Shown: one piece after another, positions 61,646-64,000 of the stretch
How positions within the stretch are numbered: position 1 is the first letter of the stretch
Layout of the letters: every line of letters starts with the position of its first letter
NCBI RefSeq assembly: GCF_000143415.4
Contig: NW_003314268.1
Coordinates: 2,000,494 to 2,064,493 of the forward strand
Direction: 5' to 3'
DNA length: 64,000 nucleotides
DNA from: Selaginella moellendorffii
Taxonomy: Eukaryota; Plantae; Lycopodiophyta
Translations under genes and position numbers: made by a program
The notes under the pieces: model-generated
The model's database searches: none
What the model was told of the DNA's origin: nothing
Seen by the model: the letters and a program-made list of their open reading frames with translations, nothing else

Positions 61646-63587
61646 ATGTCACCAGGCACTGGCGGATCTGGTAAGCAATGCGGCTCGCGCGATCGCGCGA
61701 GCTTCCACGGCTTTTGAAATCTTTGCGAAATCTGGCAGCAAAAGCGAAGAACATCGAGGTTTTTGTCCGGGTCCGGCCGCCGTCCAAAGCTGAGGATGGG
61801 AGGAGGGATAAGATTGTCGCTGAGGTCGTGGAGGATAGACAGATCAGAGTAGGATCGAATGAAACGTTTTGTACTTGGTTTCTCATACTCCTATTCAACA
61901 TAGGTTGTGGATCAAGGCTATGGCAACACGACGACAATAAGAACCTTCCAGGCAAGAACTATTCTCGTTGTTTTGTGCCCCGCCTCAAGAATTCTCTTTG
62001 TCTATTAGTTCGATGGCTGCCTTGGGCCCGAGGTGTTGCAAGACCAAGTTATGGAGCGTTGTGGACTGCAAAGAATGCTCGAGTCCGTCATGGAAGGCTA
62101 CACGTCCACTGTCATGGCTTGCGGCCAAACCGGATCCGGCAAGACGTACACAATGTGCGGTCGACAAGAGGTCAGGAAACCACCACCTTGACATTGAGTT
62201 TGATCACTTTGCAGCGAGGTAAGAGCTCTCGTCTCTTCTTGTTGTGTATTTTATACGTGCACAGGGTGGAGTAGAAGTAGGCTGCGATGATGGCTTGATT
62301 GCCCGATCAGTCAAGTATCTCTTCAGTGCGATCAAGCTGGAGGCCGACCGGGATGCTTCCAAGTCGTATACGATGCGCGCGTCTTACTACGAGATTTACA
62401 ACGAGCAGGTTCTTTGCTTAAACACGCATGTCGCTGAGGCATTCTCTTGTTGAGCCACAGGTGAATGATCTGCTTCGACTTGAATCAGCACCGCGAGAGA
62501 TCAAGTGGAACGTAAAAAGTGGATACTACGTAGAGAGCTTGCTGCTTGTCGAGTGTGAATCCGTGGACGACGTGTTTTCGGTGCTTAGCGAAGGAGCCAA
62601 GAACCGAAAGGTGGCTTTCCAGTTTCTTTGTTTCTTTCAACTGTCTAACGTTAGATTGCTGTTTGCAGATGGGAACGCACAATCTAAACAAGGACAGCAG
62701 CAGAAGTCACTGTATCATGACGCTTCATGTCGATTCTCTGTGCCATATGGACGCTGGCCCGCCTGTTACGAAACTGGGGAGGATATTGTTTGTGGATTTG
62801 GCCGGGAACGAACGCCTGAAAAAGAGCAAGAGCTCTGGAGAGATGCTCAAGGAAACCGGGAGCATAAACAGGTCTCTTTTCACTCTGGGGAAGGTAAACG
62901 ATATCTATTCCCACATTCGTTCAAACTCCTGCACAACATTGCCAGGTGATTTCTTGCTTGGCGGAGGGTAAGAAAGGCGATGTCGTTCCTTACAGGTCTC
63001 TCCTCGCGTTTTCCAGCAGTGTGTGCTTGTTGTCAAAAAGTTAAGAGACTGACATGACAATCCTCGTTGTGCTCGCCAGGGAGAGCATGCTGACCAAGCT
63101 GCTCATGGAGAGCTTGGGGGGCAACAGCTTAGCTCTCATGATCGCTTGCATCTCTCCGGCGGTGACTGCGGTCGACGAGACGCTAAGCACGCTACATTAC
63201 GCAACGTGCACGAAGAAGATCATCAACGTACCCACTGTGAATATGGACGAGAAAGACAAGGTACCGAGCTTTAGCCAGGCCCAGAAAACAAATGGATCGT
63301 TCATTCTTCTTTTCCAGGTGATACTGCAACTACAAAAGGACATATCCAGCCTCAAGCAAGAGAACAAGCTCCTGCGGACAATTTTGGGTGTTTCCGCCGA
63401 GGAGGAGGTGCCCGCGGACGTGCTAGCCTCTCTCAAGTCGGACGAGGCAATGCTCCTCAACCAAATGGTGCTAGCCAAGGCCGGGCTGGCGCATCAAGGC
63501 GACCTCCAAAAGATACGATTGCCGCCAATCAAATCCATCAACGCGCAGAGTGACATGCTGCTGCCCACCGACGTCCTCGGCAAATAA
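61646..63587 (+). CDS. Kinesin motor protein, KIF12/kinesin-16-like; may continue with further exons
   Basis: VFVRVRP, GQTGSGKT, SYYEIYNEQV, NKDSSRSH, FVDLAGNE, SINRSLFTLGKV and LTKLL..SLGG, followed by a coiled coil. Confidence 0.88.
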
Positions 63588-64000
63588 AACAGACTTTCGC
63601 CCCAGAAAACAAGTTGCTCGCGTCCCGCGCCCAGCACAAGCTGCTGCTGACTTTTTGTAAATTAAACATCCCATACGCAAAAACCAATGTGGCACGATCT
63701 GTGTGATCCAATTGCCAGGCAAAAAAAGAATGATAACTCTTGCGTGCCTTGAGGAACTCCAAACAGGGAGCAAGGCCACGAGTCAACGGCCAAAGCGAGA
63801 CCCAAAGACGAAAGGCGGGGCCGTTGACCAGCTGCTTCAAACTGGCAAGGGTCGTGTTTTACACCCCAAAGTCAACAGTCTCGACTCCACTCCTCTGTGA
63901 AGAGGCGAGGGGGCGGAGATACGGACTACCCCTTGTCCGCTGCCAAGCGGGCTGGAGCAGAGAGAGGGACAGGAGATCTTTTCCAAATCGCGGCAGCTTT

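Overview
Gene-dense eukaryotic nuclear DNA from a land plant. Introns of about 45-65 nt, intergenic gaps of tens of bases and a KIF12-like kinesin suggest a lycophyte such as Selaginella; this is inference. About 21 intron-containing host genes surround one TE island at about 4.7-16.4 kb. The island holds a young full-length Ty3/Gypsy chromovirus (6072-13625; 1160/1161-bp LTRs; TACTT target-site duplication) nested in an older related element in the opposite orientation. Main result: this retrotransposon appears to carry host-like spliceosomal introns. Two GT-AG introns (46 and 52 nt) interrupt the integrase, and removing them restores the HPQTDGQTE and RFAGPY motifs exactly. A further candidate 66-nt intron spans the U5 end and the primer-binding site, so spliced mRNA could not be reverse transcribed. 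That would explain how introns survive retrotransposition. The host genes are extremely tightly packed: abutting and overlapping stop codons, divergent ATGs 12 bp apart, and same-strand chains with 39-92 bp gaps. All gene models and splice calls were read by eye and need RNA support.
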